64,000 nt of DNA from an uncultured Holophaga sp. (GTDB lineage Bacteria; Acidobacteriota; Holophagae; Holophagales; Holophagaceae). The stretch covers positions 896,001-960,000 of the forward strand of contig OY761614.1 in NCBI GenBank assembly GCA_963664825.1. Direction: 5' to 3'. Both the position numbers and the translations under genes were made by a program. The notes under the pieces are model-generated. The model saw nothing but the letters and a program-made list of their open reading frames with translations, ran no database searches and was not told the DNA's origin. Positions 41,009-51,393 of the stretch are shown here, one piece after another (position 1 is the stretch's first letter; every line of letters begins with the position of its first letter).

Positions 41009-41644
41009 TCAGCCCTGCCAACCCTGGCGCGCGAAGCGCCGCAGCCGATCCTCGCTCCCCTGCATCCCCAGGACCCGGGCCACGTAGCGCCCAATGGGGT
41101 CCACCTCGAGATTCACTTCAGAACCGGGCCTCAGGGTTTCCAGACGGGTATGGATCACCGTCTCCGGGATCAGCGCCACGGAAAACCAGTCCCCGCCGCA
41201 CTCCACCACCGTAAGCGAGATCCCATCCACGGCGACGGAGCCCTTGGAGGCCAGCATGGGCGCCAGCGCCGCAGGCATTGCGAAGCGCCAGATGCCCTCC
41301 CCCTCGGGCCGCTCCAGCACCTGCCCCACGCCATCCACATGGCCCGAAACCAGATGGCCGTCCAAAGGTTCCCCCACGCGGAGTGCGGGTTCCAGGTGCA
41401 GCAGGGCCCCGGTGGCCATGCGGCCGAAGGTGGTGCGTTCCAGGGTCTCTTCGGAAAGATCGGCTTCGAAGGTCTTCCCATCCCGCGCCATCACCGTAAG
41501 GCAGGCGCCATTCACGCAGACGCTCGCTCCCAGTTCGGCTCGCACCAGTAATTCCGCGGGAGCCTTGATGCGCAGCCGCGCCCCACCGGGCCGGTGTGTG
41601 CGGCCATCGAGGGCCCCGAGATGACGGATCAAGCCTGTGAACAC
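41009..41644 (-). CDS. ribE: Riboflavin synthase
   Basis: GTG start giving MFTGLI; NGACLT, GHLVSGHVDG, DGISLT, VNLEVD. Confidence 0.95.
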   Translation of the reverse strand: MFTGLIRHLGALDGRTHRPGGARLRIKAPAELLVRAELGASVCVNGACLTVMARDGKTFEADLSEETLERTTFGRMATGALLHLEPALRVGEPLDGHLVSGHVDGVGQVLERPEGEGIWRFAMPAALAPMLASKGSVAVDGISLTVVECGGDWFSVALIPETVIHTRLETLRPGSEVNLEVDPIGRYVARVLGMQGSEDRLRRFARQGWQG

Positions 41645-41721
41645 GTGCCCTCCCCAGCGGCTCGCTTTTCCTGGCGGAAACAACCATGATGGCATGGCAG
41701 ACCCACGGCCACACGGAACCC

Positions 41722-42648
41722 ATGAAGCTCTGGAATGATCGTCGCCTCCACCTCTCCATCACGCGCCTGGGCCTCGAATACCTGGCGGCCATGCTGCTGG
41801 TGGGCCTGTTCGCGGTGCATACGGGCAATAATCTGCTCTACCTCGTCTTCTCGCTGATGGTGGGTCTATTCCTCGTCTCGGGCTGGGTGAGTCGGCGCAC
41901 CCTCCAGGATCTCGAACTGACGGCTATCGAGGAGGGCAACATCTTCGCCCGGGTGCGAGGCGGCCTCCGGGTCCGCCTGAAGGACCGGGCCCCCGGACGG
42001 ATCCGAGCCATGGAAGTGCGTCTTGAGATGGACCAGGGCCGCGGGGAACCGGGGTTCTTCCCCGGAGGTCAGGGGCGAGAGGAGGTGTTGGTGGTCCTCC
42101 AGGCCCGCGCTGAGCGCCGGGGCCCCTGCCGTCTCCGGAGCCTCGAGCTGCGCACGGCTTTCCCCTTCGGCTTTCTCGAGAAGGCCCGGCGCTTCCCCCT
42201 GGACCAGAAGATCCTCATCCTGCCCCACCCCCGGGCCGTGACTCCACGGCTGGGGCTCAGGGGCGAATCCAGTGAATCCCAACCCAAGCCGGGCTCCCAG
42301 GCCCCGGAGGGCGCACGCCCCTTCCGGGAAGGGGATCCCCTCAGCCGCATCCACTGGAAGCGCACAGCCCAGCGCGGAGCCCCTTGGGTGCGCACCTTCG
42401 AAGACGAAGTCCCTTCCAGGATCCGCCTTTGGCTGGACCCGCGGCTCTGGAACGCCGGAGCCGCCTTCGAGAAGGAACTGGAGCACCTCTCCGGGGCCAT
42501 CCTCCAGGCGCGGCTCCAGAAGCGGGAGGTTTCCCTGGAGCTCCTCTCCGACGCGGGCCACCAGGAAATCCACGGTTTCACCGCCTGCTGGAGAGCCCTG
42601 GCCCTCCAGCAGGCCCAAGGCGCCCCGCATTTTTCCGATGTCTCCTAG
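41722..42648 (+). CDS. DUF58 domain membrane protein
   Basis: TGNNLLYL TM pair, FPFGF, RPFREGDPLSRIHWKRTA. Start could also be near 41686-41695. Confidence 0.85.
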   Translation: MKLWNDRRLHLSITRLGLEYLAAMLLVGLFAVHTGNNLLYLVFSLMVGLFLVSGWVSRRTLQDLELTAIEEGNIFARVRGGLRVRLKDRAPGRIRAMEVRLEMDQGRGEPGFFPGGQGREEVLVVLQARAERRGPCRLRSLELRTAFPFGFLEKARRFPLDQKILILPHPRAVTPRLGLRGESSESQPKPGSQAPEGARPFREGDPLSRIHWKRTAQRGAPWVRTFEDEVPSRIRLWLDPRLWNAGAAFEKELEHLSGAILQARLQKREVSLELLSDAGHQEIHGFTACWRALALQQAQGAPHFSDVS

Positions 42649-42698
42649 CAAGAGCCGGGCCCCGCGATTAACCTAGACCCATCAACTTCGGGAGTGAA

Positions 42699-43127
42699 AT
42701 GCCCTACACGACCCCCCAAGATCCCCAATGGAATGCCCTCCTCGACGCCGCCTGGCGCGCCCGGGATTGCGCTTATGCGCCCTATAGCCACTTCCAGGTG
42801 GGGGCCGCCCTCATCCGGAAGGACGGTTCCATCCAGGCCGGATGCAATGTGGAGAACGCCAGTTATGGCGGCACCATCTGCGCCGAGCGCAATACCATCT
42901 GCGCCGCCACGGCCCAGGGCATGCGCCCCGGGGATCTGGTGGCCATGGTCATCGTCACCGAGGCCGAGGACCTGACGCCGCCCTGCGGCCTCTGTCGGCA
43001 GGTGATCGCCGAATTCGCCGAGGAAGTGCCCATCCTCCTGGCTAATCGCCACACCCGCTCCCTGCATCACATCTCGGAGCTATTGCCCCATTCCTTCACC
43101 GGACGGAATTTCCAGACGCCCGCCTGA
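42699..43127 (+). CDS. cdd: Cytidine deaminase
   Basis: AYAPYSHFQVGAA, GCNVENASY, CAER, PCGLCRQ, ELLP.SF. Confidence 0.96.
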   Translation: MPYTTPQDPQWNALLDAAWRARDCAYAPYSHFQVGAALIRKDGSIQAGCNVENASYGGTICAERNTICAATAQGMRPGDLVAMVIVTEAEDLTPPCGLCRQVIAEFAEEVPILLANRHTRSLHHISELLPHSFTGRNFQTPA

Positions 43128-43172
43128 ACTGCCTCAAGATTCCCTGATCCCACCTATTCGAGACGAACCCCC

Positions 43173-45815
43173 ATGGCCATTGATCGCACGAAGGTCCAGA
43201 AGCAGGCCGAAGCTTACATGGCCGCGGGGAAGATGGATCGGGCCATCGACGAATTCCAGAAGCTGCTCGATGACAAGCCCGAGGACTCCAACCTGATGAA
43301 CCGCATCGGGGACGCCTACCTGCAGGTGGGGAAGCTGCCCGATGCCCTCGATATGTTCAAGCGCTCAGGCATGGGATTCGAGCGCAGCGGTTTCACCAAC
43401 AAGGCCGCCGCCGTCTTCAAGAAGGCCCACCGGGCTGCCCCGGAAGATGTGGACGTATCGGCGCGCCTGGCCGAGACCTACCGCGCCACCAACATGATCC
43501 AGGACGCCATCCAGATCTACATCGAGGTGGCGGAATTCTTCACCAAGAAGGGGCTCCTCAAGCGCGCCCTGGAGGAATTCGCCAAGGTCGTCGAGCTCGA
43601 TCCCAAGAACCTGAAGAACAAGGTGAAACTGGCCGACCTCTACAACAAGGAGGGAGTCAAGGAGCGCGCCGCCGAGATCTACCTGGAGGTGGCTGAGGCC
43701 CTGGCCTTCGAGCAGATGCCGGCCGAGGCCATCCAGGTCCTGGAGCGGGCCAAGGCCATGACGACCTCCCCCAAGGTCTTCCTCACCCAATCCAAGCTCT
43801 GCATCGTGCAGAAGGATCTGGTGGGTGCCGCCCAGCATCTCAGGGAGGGCCTCGAAGCCAACCCGAGGAGTGCCGAGATCCTGGAAGCCTTGGCCGAAGT
43901 GGAACTCCAAGCCAAGGCGCCGGAGCGCGCCCTGGAAGTGCTGAGCCAGATCCCCCAACTCCCGGAGAAGGCCACCGCCCTCTGTGAGCGGGCCCTGCGC
44001 GAGATGATCCGCACCAACGCCATCGATGAGGGCCTCCGGCTCTTCAAGAGCATCGGCCACGAATTCGCCCGGAGGGGCATGGGCGAACAGGCCACCCGCA
44101 CCCTTCGCAATGCCTTCCAGGGCCTTTCCATCCCCATCGAGGCCTGGGTTCAACTGGCCGATATTGCCTACCAGGGCAACGATCGGCAGGGACGCATCGA
44201 GGCCCTCAGCCAGGCCCACGCCCTGGCCGTGTCCACCAACGATAGCTCCCTGATCCGCAACCTGGAGGAGCAGCTCCAGTCCCTCAATATCGACCCCACC
44301 CAGATCGAGGCCCAGCCCCAATCCGAGGACTTCCAGGACAATTTCGGAACTCCGCAGGGCGCGCCCTTCTTGGAGACGACCGAAGTCGATCCCATCAAGC
44401 GGATGCAGATCCAGCAGCTTCAGCGCGAGGCCGAAAGCTACGTCCGCAGCCGCTTCAACGACCGGGCCCAGGATACCTACCACAAGATCCTGGAATGCGA
44501 TCCCACCAACCGGGACGCCATCAACCGCATTGCCGAGATCCACAAGGCCTCGGGCGTGATGACCAAGGTCCAGCAGCACTACGTCAAGATGGCCGAGAAG
44601 CTGGCTCCCATGGGGCACCGGAACCTGGCCCTGGAGATGCTCGATAAGGCCGAGGAACTCTTCCCTGGTTCTACGAGGCTCCATCGACGGATGCTGGGCC
44701 TCACCAGCCTGGCCCCCGCCGCGCCCGCCCCCTTTGCCCCCGCTCCCATCGCCCTGGATTCAGGCATTGGGGCTCCCCCTCCCAGCGATCTGGATGTGCT
44801 CATCGCCCTGGATGACACCAACGGGGGCTATGAGCGCCCCGGGGCCTTCGTTCCGCCCCCCCCGGCAGGGCCGCCCTCCATCGCCCTTGGCGTGGTGGGT
44901 GAACCCGCCGCCCTCTACCCCGAGGATCTCCAGTGGACCCCTCCGGAGGATCTCCTCGAGGAGGAGGAAGAGGAGGTCCTTTCCCCAGACTCGGAAGTGC
45001 TCCCGGAGATCGAGCCCCTGGAGCTGGAACCCCTGCCCTTCGCCCAGGGGAAGGTGCCCGTGGCCCCTCCCCAGATGCCGACGCCCAGTGCCCCGATCAG
45101 CGATGAGCTGGCCTCCACCCTTTCGGATATCGATTTCCAGCTCGATTACGGCAGCCCCGAAGAGGCCAAGATCGAAATCCAGAAGGCCCTTGCGGAATGG
45201 CCCGGCCAACCGGGACTCCTGGCCAGCCTGGAGCGCGCCGAGGAGGCCCTGCACAGGATCGGCCATGAGGCCCCAGCCCCCAGCCTGGAGGCGGAAGCCG
45301 AACTGACCCATTCCTTCTTCGATCTCACCGATGTGCTGGGGGACTCCCTGCTGGAGCCCGGCGAAGGCGAGGAAATGCACGACGCCACCAATGTGGTGGA
45401 AAAGATCCATAGCGTCGACGAGCTCTTCAATGCCTTCCGGGAAGGCGTCGAGCAGCAGGTGAAGGTCGACGACTACGAGACCCACTACAACCTGGGCATC
45501 GCCTATAAGGAGATGATGCTCATCGAACCGGCCCTGGAGGAATTCAAGAAGGCCATGCGCGACCCCGAGCGCACCCTGGAATGCTGTTCCATGCTGGCCA
45601 TCTGCGAGCAGGTGCAGGGCAATCTGGAGACGGCGGTCCAATGGCTGCACCAGGGCATCGATGCCCCGGGCTTCCCCCCGGAGGACTCCATCGGCCTGCG
45701 CTACGACCTGGGGGATACCCTGGTCCAGCTGGGGCGTCTGGATGAAGCGCGAGAACACTTCCAGATCGTCTTCGACATGGACCCCGAATACAGGGATGTG
45801 GCCAAGAAACTCTGA
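43173..45815 (+). CDS. Large tetratricopeptide-repeat protein
   Basis: Many N-terminal TPRs, acidic/Pro-rich linker, C-terminal TPRs (THYNLGIAYKEM, LRYDLG). Confidence 0.85.
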   Translation: MAIDRTKVQKQAEAYMAAGKMDRAIDEFQKLLDDKPEDSNLMNRIGDAYLQVGKLPDALDMFKRSGMGFERSGFTNKAAAVFKKAHRAAPEDVDVSARLAETYRATNMIQDAIQIYIEVAEFFTKKGLLKRALEEFAKVVELDPKNLKNKVKLADLYNKEGVKERAAEIYLEVAEALAFEQMPAEAIQVLERAKAMTTSPKVFLTQSKLCIVQKDLVGAAQHLREGLEANPRSAEILEALAEVELQAKAPERALEVLSQIPQLPEKATALCERALREMIRTNAIDEGLRLFKSIGHEFARRGMGEQATRTLRNAFQGLSIPIEAWVQLADIAYQGNDRQGRIEALSQAHALAVSTNDSSLIRNLEEQLQSLNIDPTQIEAQPQSEDFQDNFGTPQGAPFLETTEVDPIKRMQIQQLQREAESYVRSRFNDRAQDTYHKILECDPTNRDAINRIAEIHKASGVMTKVQQHYVKMAEKLAPMGHRNLALEMLDKAEELFPGSTRLHRRMLGLTSLAPAAPAPFAPAPIALDSGIGAPPPSDLDVLIALDDTNGGYERPGAFVPPPPAGPPSIALGVVGEPAALYPEDLQWTPPEDLLEEEEEEVLSPDSEVLPEIEPLELEPLPFAQGKVPVAPPQMPTPSAPISDELASTLSDIDFQLDYGSPEEAKIEIQKALAEWPGQPGLLASLERAEEALHRIGHEAPAPSLEAEAELTHSFFDLTDVLGDSLLEPGEGEEMHDATNVVEKIHSVDELFNAFREGVEQQVKVDDYETHYNLGIAYKEMMLIEPALEEFKKAMRDPERTLECCSMLAICEQVQGNLETAVQWLHQGIDAPGFPPEDSIGLRYDLGDTLVQLGRLDEAREHFQIVFDMDPEYRDVAKKL

Positions 45816-45839
45816 TCCCGGCCAAGGGCTGGCATCGCC

Positions 45840-46778
45840 TCAGTGGACTTCGATCCGCCCTTGAATACCCCAGGGCTGAAGGGCCTGGAGGGCGGGCTGG
45901 ACGGGTTTACCCGATCGCTGGAGCCGGGTCAATTCCAGGGCCCAGCCATCACCCGCCGCGAGCCAGGCGCCCCCGCGGTCCCAGGCCAGTGTGCCCGGCG
46001 CCTCCGTCGTGGCGCGAATATCGCCCACGGCGGCGATCTTGAGGACGGTACTTTCCAGCATGCATTCCGCGCCGGGCCAGGGATGGAGGGCCCTCACCTG
46101 GCGATGGAGTTCCAGGGCGGGGCGACTGGGATCCAGCCGCGCCATCTCCCGGCTCAGTTTGGGGGCCACCGTGGCCAGCGCATCGTCTTGGTCCACGGGC
46201 GCGGCCTCACCCGAGAGGAGCAGCGGTAGTTCCTGAATCAGCAGCTCGGCGGCATCTTCGGCCAGGCACTTCAGCAGGCCAGGCGCCGTGTCCTCCAGGG
46301 TGATGGGGCGGCGGCTCACAGCCAGCAGGGGGCCCGCATCGAGACCGGCCGTGATGCGCATCAGGCTGACGCCTGTTTCCAGGTCCCCGGCCAGGACCGC
46401 ATGGTTGACGGGGGAGGCGCCCCGCCAGCGAGGCAGCAGGGAGAAGTGCAGGTTCCAGGCACCCAAGGGGCAGGAATCCAGCATCCACCGGGGCAGGATA
46501 TGGCCGTAGGCCGCCACGATGGCCAGATCGATGCCGAGCCCCTCCCAAAGGGCGCGAGTCTCCGGCAGCTTCCAACCCTCGGGCTGATGGATGGGCAGTC
46601 CGAGGCTCAGTGCCTCCCCCTTCACCGGAGGCGCCTCCAGATGACGCCCCCGGCCTTGGGGGCGATCGGGATTGCAGAAGACCGCTTCCACCCGCTGAGA
46701 GGCTGCAAGCCTCGCCAGCACGGGCACGGCCACGGCAGGCGTACCCAGAAATGCGATGCGCGGAGGAGGCAGGCCCAT
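45840..46778 (-). CDS. fmt: Methionyl-tRNA formyltransferase
   Basis: FLGTP, PDRPQGRG, AAYG, NLHFSLLPRWRGASP, LDAG. Confidence 0.96.
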   Translation of the reverse strand: MGLPPPRIAFLGTPAVAVPVLARLAASQRVEAVFCNPDRPQGRGRHLEAPPVKGEALSLGLPIHQPEGWKLPETRALWEGLGIDLAIVAAYGHILPRWMLDSCPLGAWNLHFSLLPRWRGASPVNHAVLAGDLETGVSLMRITAGLDAGPLLAVSRRPITLEDTAPGLLKCLAEDAAELLIQELPLLLSGEAAPVDQDDALATVAPKLSREMARLDPSRPALELHRQVRALHPWPGAECMLESTVLKIAAVGDIRATTEAPGTLAWDRGGAWLAAGDGWALELTRLQRSGKPVQPALQALQPWGIQGRIEVH

Positions 46779-46781
46779 GGG

Positions 46782-47288
46782 CTAGCGCCCGGTGCGGTTC
46801 TTCTGGAACCTGCGCTGGAGGATCTGGCGCTTCACGGGGCCGAAGTACTCCACGAAGAGCTTCCCGCGCAGATGATCGATCTCGTGACAGAAGGCCCGCG
46901 CCAGCAGATCCTCGCCCTCCAGTTCCTCCCAGCTGCCATCCCGCCGCCGGTTCTTCACCCACACATGCTGGGGCCTTTCCAGGGTCTCATGGACGCCGGG
47001 GATGGAGAGACAGCCCTCCTGGCCCACCTGCTTGCCCTCGGTGCGGACGATCTCAGGATTGATGAGCACCATCTGCTTGGCCGGATCCAGGCCACTGGAG
47101 ACATCGATCACCGCCAGATTGAGGTTCACGCCCACCTGGGAGGCGGCCAGGCCCACGCCCTCCTCGGCCACGGTGGTCTCGAAGAGATCCTGCACGAGGA
47201 CCTCCAGTTCCGGGGTCCATTCGCCGATATCGGCGCTATTGATCTTGAGTCGGGGGTCCCCCCAGGTGATGACGGGTCGGATGGTCAT
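46782..47288 (-). CDS. def: Peptide deformylase
   Basis: GVGLAASQ, EGCLSIPG, HEIDHL. Confidence 0.97.
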   Translation of the reverse strand: MTIRPVITWGDPRLKINSADIGEWTPELEVLVQDLFETTVAEEGVGLAASQVGVNLNLAVIDVSSGLDPAKQMVLINPEIVRTEGKQVGQEGCLSIPGVHETLERPQHVWVKNRRRDGSWEELEGEDLLARAFCHEIDHLRGKLFVEYFGPVKRQILQRRFQKNRTGR

Positions 47289-47401
47289 GCGTTCTCCTAC
47301 TTCAAGTTTATTCGATAGGCCATTCCTTTGATACGCTAGGAGGTTCGGATCCCGCTTGAGCCATGCTCCGGGACCACAGGAATCTGCATTCGGGAGTCTC
47401 C

Positions 47402-49321
47402 ATGCTTCGCAATTTCCGCCAAGTCTTCAAGGGAAACCAGATGCCCATGACCGTCGTGATGGGCGTGGTGCTCGTCGGGATGGTGGCCTATCTGGCGCCC
47501 AGTTCGGGGAATCCCGAGGCCCCCGATAACGTCGTGGCCCGGGTGTATGGCCGGGATGTGCTCAAGCGGGATTCGGACCGCCTCATCTCCGACATGGTCC
47601 AGCGCATGGGCAAGCAGGCCAACCTGGATCAGATGCTGCCCTTCCTCCAGCAGCGCGCCCTCAGCGAACTGATCGGTTCCAAGCTGCGGGAGGAACTCGC
47701 CGAGCGGCATGGCATCCTGGTGACCGACGAAGAAGTGCGCCAGGCCTTGGAAGCCAGGCTGCGCCGGGAGCCCGTCTTCCTGACCCCCGAGGGCCAGCTC
47801 CGGGATACCGCCGAGATCCGCGCCATCCTCCAACAGGCCGAACAGAGCCTGCCCCAGTGGGAACAGGAAGTCCGCACAGGGCTCACCATCCGCAAGCTCC
47901 TGGACCAGGAGGCCGCCAAGATCCCCGTGGACGAGGCCTGGCTCAATGTCGAGTACCGGGTGCGCAACGAGAAGCTGAACCTCGAGACCTTCACGGTGAG
48001 CCCCGATCCCTCCACCGTGGCCGACCCCGGAGACGCCAGGCTGGCGGCCTTCCTCAAGACAGGCGGGGCGCGCTTCCAGGTGGGTCCCCGGCGCGTGATC
48101 CAGTTCGTGACCCTGGACGAGGCCTTCTTCGGCAACGCCCTGGCCGTCGACGACACAGCCCTGAGGGCCGCCTATGAATCCAAGAAGGCCCATTACTCCG
48201 AATTGAAGGCCAGCCACATCCTCTTCAAGGCCCAGAATGAGGCCGAGTTCGCCGCCGCCCGGAAGAAGGCCGAGGATCTCCGCCCCAAACTCGCCGGCAA
48301 GGATTTCAACAAGGTCGCTTCCGAAACGAGCGAAGACCCCACCGCCAAGGCCAATAAGGGGGATCTGGGCTGGTTCAAGTCCGGCAGCATGGCCAAGCCC
48401 TTCGAGGACGCGGCCATGGCCCTGAAGGATGGCGAGATCAGTCAGCCGATCCGCACCCAGTTCGGCATCCATCTCATCAAGCTCGGAGGCAAGCGCACCC
48501 GGAGCTTCGAGGAGGTCCGGGAGGAACTGCGCGCCCAGCTCACCGGGGAGCGCTTCACGGCCAAGGCCAAGGAACGCCTGGAGCAGCTCCGTAAGCGCAG
48601 CGGCGAACGGGGTGATCTATCGGCGGCCGCCCGCAACCTGGGCCTCAAGGTTCAGACCAGCCAGCCCTTCCTCAACGAAGCCTCCGTCACCCTCCCCGGC
48701 CTGCAGGATGCGGGCTACGTCACCAGCGAGGCCTTCCGCCTGAAGGTGGGACAGGTCTCCAAGCTGCAGCGCACGGGCAATAGCTTCACGGTTTTCCGGG
48801 TGCAGGAAGAGCGCCCCATCGCCGTGCCGCCCCTCAAGGAGATCCGCGACCGGGTGCTGGGCGCCTGGAAGCTGGAAGAAGCCCGCAAGGTGGCCCTCGC
48901 CAAGGTCCAGACCGCCCTCCGGAACGGTGACCTCAAGGCCCTCGGGGAAGCCAAGAGCCAGGAGACCACCATCACGGCCCTCGGGGAACTCGGCCAGCAT
49001 CCGGCCATCCGCAGGGCCCTGCTGGGAACGGGCGAAGGGAAGTTCACCCCCGCCCTCTGGAACCCGGAGGGTCAGGTGTGGGTGGCCCGGGTGAAGGGCC
49101 GCACAGCCGCCGAACCCCTCAACTTCGAGAAGCGCCAGGCCCTGGTGCGCGAGATCCAGCAGGCCGGGAGCCAAAAGCTGCTCGTCTCCGAACTCCAGGA
49201 CATGGAGGCCAAGGGCCGCCTGCGCCCAGGCTTCAGCTCCCTCTGGGGCCGCTTCGGCGGGATCTGGATCAACACCGAAGCCCGAGGCAAGGAAGACCTG
49301 CCCGACATCGGGGACATGTAG
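47402..49321 (+). CDS. PpiD/SurA-type parvulin peptidyl-prolyl isomerase chaperone
   Basis: N-terminal TM, SurA-N region, ASHIL..SED..KGDLGWF..PFEDAA..TQFGIHLI. Confidence 0.9.
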   Translation: MLRNFRQVFKGNQMPMTVVMGVVLVGMVAYLAPSSGNPEAPDNVVARVYGRDVLKRDSDRLISDMVQRMGKQANLDQMLPFLQQRALSELIGSKLREELAERHGILVTDEEVRQALEARLRREPVFLTPEGQLRDTAEIRAILQQAEQSLPQWEQEVRTGLTIRKLLDQEAAKIPVDEAWLNVEYRVRNEKLNLETFTVSPDPSTVADPGDARLAAFLKTGGARFQVGPRRVIQFVTLDEAFFGNALAVDDTALRAAYESKKAHYSELKASHILFKAQNEAEFAAARKKAEDLRPKLAGKDFNKVASETSEDPTAKANKGDLGWFKSGSMAKPFEDAAMALKDGEISQPIRTQFGIHLIKLGGKRTRSFEEVREELRAQLTGERFTAKAKERLEQLRKRSGERGDLSAAARNLGLKVQTSQPFLNEASVTLPGLQDAGYVTSEAFRLKVGQVSKLQRTGNSFTVFRVQEERPIAVPPLKEIRDRVLGAWKLEEARKVALAKVQTALRNGDLKALGEAKSQETTITALGELGQHPAIRRALLGTGEGKFTPALWNPEGQVWVARVKGRTAAEPLNFEKRQALVREIQQAGSQKLLVSELQDMEAKGRLRPGFSSLWGRFGGIWINTEARGKEDLPDIGDM

Positions 49322-49331
49322 CACCAAAGCG

Positions 49332-49373
49332 CTGCATGAAAAGGGCCGCTCTCGAGCGGCCCTTTTCATGCAG
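49332..49373. terminator. Bidirectional terminator between convergent ppiD and adh
   Basis: CTGCATGAAAAGGGCCGCTC-TC-GAGCGGCCCTTTTCATGCAG, a perfect 20-bp inverted repeat. Confidence 0.88.
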
Positions 49374-49428
49374 ATCTATCAGGATCAAAAACCAGCAGCG
49401 CCGTCTTTGATCCGGCTACGCTGTCTGG

Positions 49429-50583
49429 TCATTTCATCGAAGTGCCATAGTAGGCGGCGGTGTAGATCGCCTTCACGTCGGCGACCGTGGGTTTGCCGGG
49501 GTTGGTGAGGGTGCAGGGATCGGCCAGGGCATTGGCGCTCATGCGGTCCAGGACCTCCTTGAACTTCGCCTCGCTGAAATCCACTTCCGTGCAGTCCTTG
49601 AAGGCCGCAGGGATGTCGAGCTTCTTATTGAGCTGGCGGACCTCCTCGGCGATGTCTGCGACGCCCAGGGCTTTCTCGACCTGGTCGTATTTCTTGGTGA
49701 ACTTGCGGTTGAAATCAATGATGTAGGGCAGCAGGATGGCGTTCGCGAGCCCGTGGGTGACGCCGAACTCGCCGCCCAGCTTGTGGGCGAGGGAATGGAC
49801 CAGGCCCAGGGATGCGTTGGTGAAGGCCATGCCCGCAAGGGCTGAGGCGTTGTGCATGTTGTAGCGCGCCTCCATATCGTCGCCCTTCGCATAGGCCCGC
49901 TCGAGGTTGCCGAGCACCAGCCGGATGGCCTCGATGGCGTAGGGGTCGGTGAAGGAGGTCGCCGCGATGGAGGCGGCAGCCTCGATCGCGTGGCACATGA
50001 CGTCCATGCCGGTATTGGCTGTGACGCTCTTGGGCATGCGGGCCGGGAGAGCAGGGTCCAGGATGGCGACATCCGGCACCATGTCGGCGGCGACGATGGG
50101 GTATTTGATGTGCTTGGCATGGTCGGTGATCACGGAGAAGGCCGTGATCTCACTGGCTGTGCCGCTGGTGGAAGGCACGGCGGCAAAGCGGGCCTTGTTG
50201 CGCAAGGCAGGCATGGAACCGGGCTGAATGATGTCTTCGAAGGAGAGTTCGGGGTGCTCATAGAAGCACCACATGACCTTCGCCGCGTCGATCGCGGAGC
50301 CGCCGCCGATGGCGACGATCCAGTCGGGGCCGAACTTGAGCATCGCCTCGGCGCCCTTCCGGACCGTCTCCACCGAGGGGTTAGGCTCGACGCCGTCGAT
50401 GACGATGGTCTGCATGCCGGCCGACTGGAGGAGTTCCACCGCCTTGTCCAGGAAGCCGAACTTCTTCATCGAGGAGCCGCCGGTGACGACGGCGGCTTTC
50501 TTGCCCTTCAGTGTGCCGAGTTTTTGAAGCGCGCCTTCGCCGTAGACGATGTCGCGCGGGATTGAGAAGTTGAGGGTTGCCAC
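49429..50583 (-). CDS. Iron-containing alcohol dehydrogenase (AdhA/BdhA-like, possibly NADPH-linked)
   Basis: VTGGSSM, GGGSAIDAAK, PSTSGTASE, HSLAHKLG, HGLANA; GTG start with GGAGG RBS. Confidence 0.93.
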   Translation of the reverse strand: MATLNFSIPRDIVYGEGALQKLGTLKGKKAAVVTGGSSMKKFGFLDKAVELLQSAGMQTIVIDGVEPNPSVETVRKGAEAMLKFGPDWIVAIGGGSAIDAAKVMWCFYEHPELSFEDIIQPGSMPALRNKARFAAVPSTSGTASEITAFSVITDHAKHIKYPIVAADMVPDVAILDPALPARMPKSVTANTGMDVMCHAIEAAASIAATSFTDPYAIEAIRLVLGNLERAYAKGDDMEARYNMHNASALAGMAFTNASLGLVHSLAHKLGGEFGVTHGLANAILLPYIIDFNRKFTKKYDQVEKALGVADIAEEVRQLNKKLDIPAAFKDCTEVDFSEAKFKEVLDRMSANALADPCTLTNPGKPTVADVKAIYTAAYYGTSMK

Positions 50584-50615
50584 GATCTGCCTCCATGCCG
50601 GAATGGCAATTCATT

Positions 50616-50653
50616 ATCGATAAAATTTTATCGATTGCGACGCACACCGTCAA
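50616..50653 (-). promoter_or_regulatory. adh promoter with a perfect 20-bp palindrome over the -10 box
   Basis: TTGACG (50653-50648), 17 bp, TAAAAT (50630-50625); ATCGATAAAATTTTATCGAT at 50616-50635. Confidence 0.8.
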
Positions 50654-50683
50654 GGGCATTCGAAATCATCGGCAGGGGCGTGG

Positions 50684-51334
50684 TCAGAGCCTCAGCCCGT
50701 GGTCGCAGAGGCGCCCCACGGCTCGGGGATCATGACTCAGGAAGAGGAGAGCGAGGCCCTCGGCCTTGAACTCCAGCAGCAGGTGCAGCAGATGCCCGGC
50801 CAGAGTGGGGTCCAGGGCCGAGAGGGGCTCGTCCAGCACCAGCAGGTGGGGCCCTGGCATCAGGGCCCGGGCCAGGGCCAGACGCTGGGCCAGACCACCG
50901 GACCAGGCTGCCGGGCGCTGGGCCAGGGAGGCCTCGGGGAATTTCACCCGGGCCGCCATGGAAGCGCAGGCCTCTCGGCGCTCTGCGGCATCCCCTCGAC
51001 GATGGATGATCAGGGGCTCCTCCAGGATTTCCCAACCGCTCAAATGGGGCGGCAGGGAGGCCTGGGGATCCTGAAAGACCGCTTGGATCCGGCTCCGGCG
51101 GGCTCGCCGCTGACCTTCAGGAAGGGAGGACCAGGGTCCGCCATCCAGGCGAACTTCCCCCTCGGCGGCCTCCAGCAGGCCCAGGACCGTCCAGGCCAGC
51201 GTGGTCTTGCCTGCGCCGCTCTCACCCATCACGCCCCAGGCTTCCCCCCGCTGGACCTCGAAGGAGAGGCCTCTCAGCACCCAGCGGTCCCCTCGCCGCA
51301 CACCCAGATCTCGGACTTCCAGGATCGGCACCAT
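50684..51334 (-). CDS. ABC transporter ATP-binding protein (oligopeptide/nickel type), orphan
   Basis: GESGAGKT, VFQDP, SGG, LLVLDEPLSALD, SHD. Start uncertain between 51331 and 51379. Confidence 0.85.
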   Translation of the reverse strand: MVPILEVRDLGVRRGDRWVLRGLSFEVQRGEAWGVMGESGAGKTTLAWTVLGLLEAAEGEVRLDGGPWSSLPEGQRRARRSRIQAVFQDPQASLPPHLSGWEILEEPLIIHRRGDAAERREACASMAARVKFPEASLAQRPAAWSGGLAQRLALARALMPGPHLLVLDEPLSALDPTLAGHLLHLLLEFKAEGLALLFLSHDPRAVGRLCDHGLRL

Positions 51335-51393
51335 GCAATGTCCAAGGGCCTTCCAGGCCACACGCATTGTAGTGCCCAAAGGGATGAAGATGA

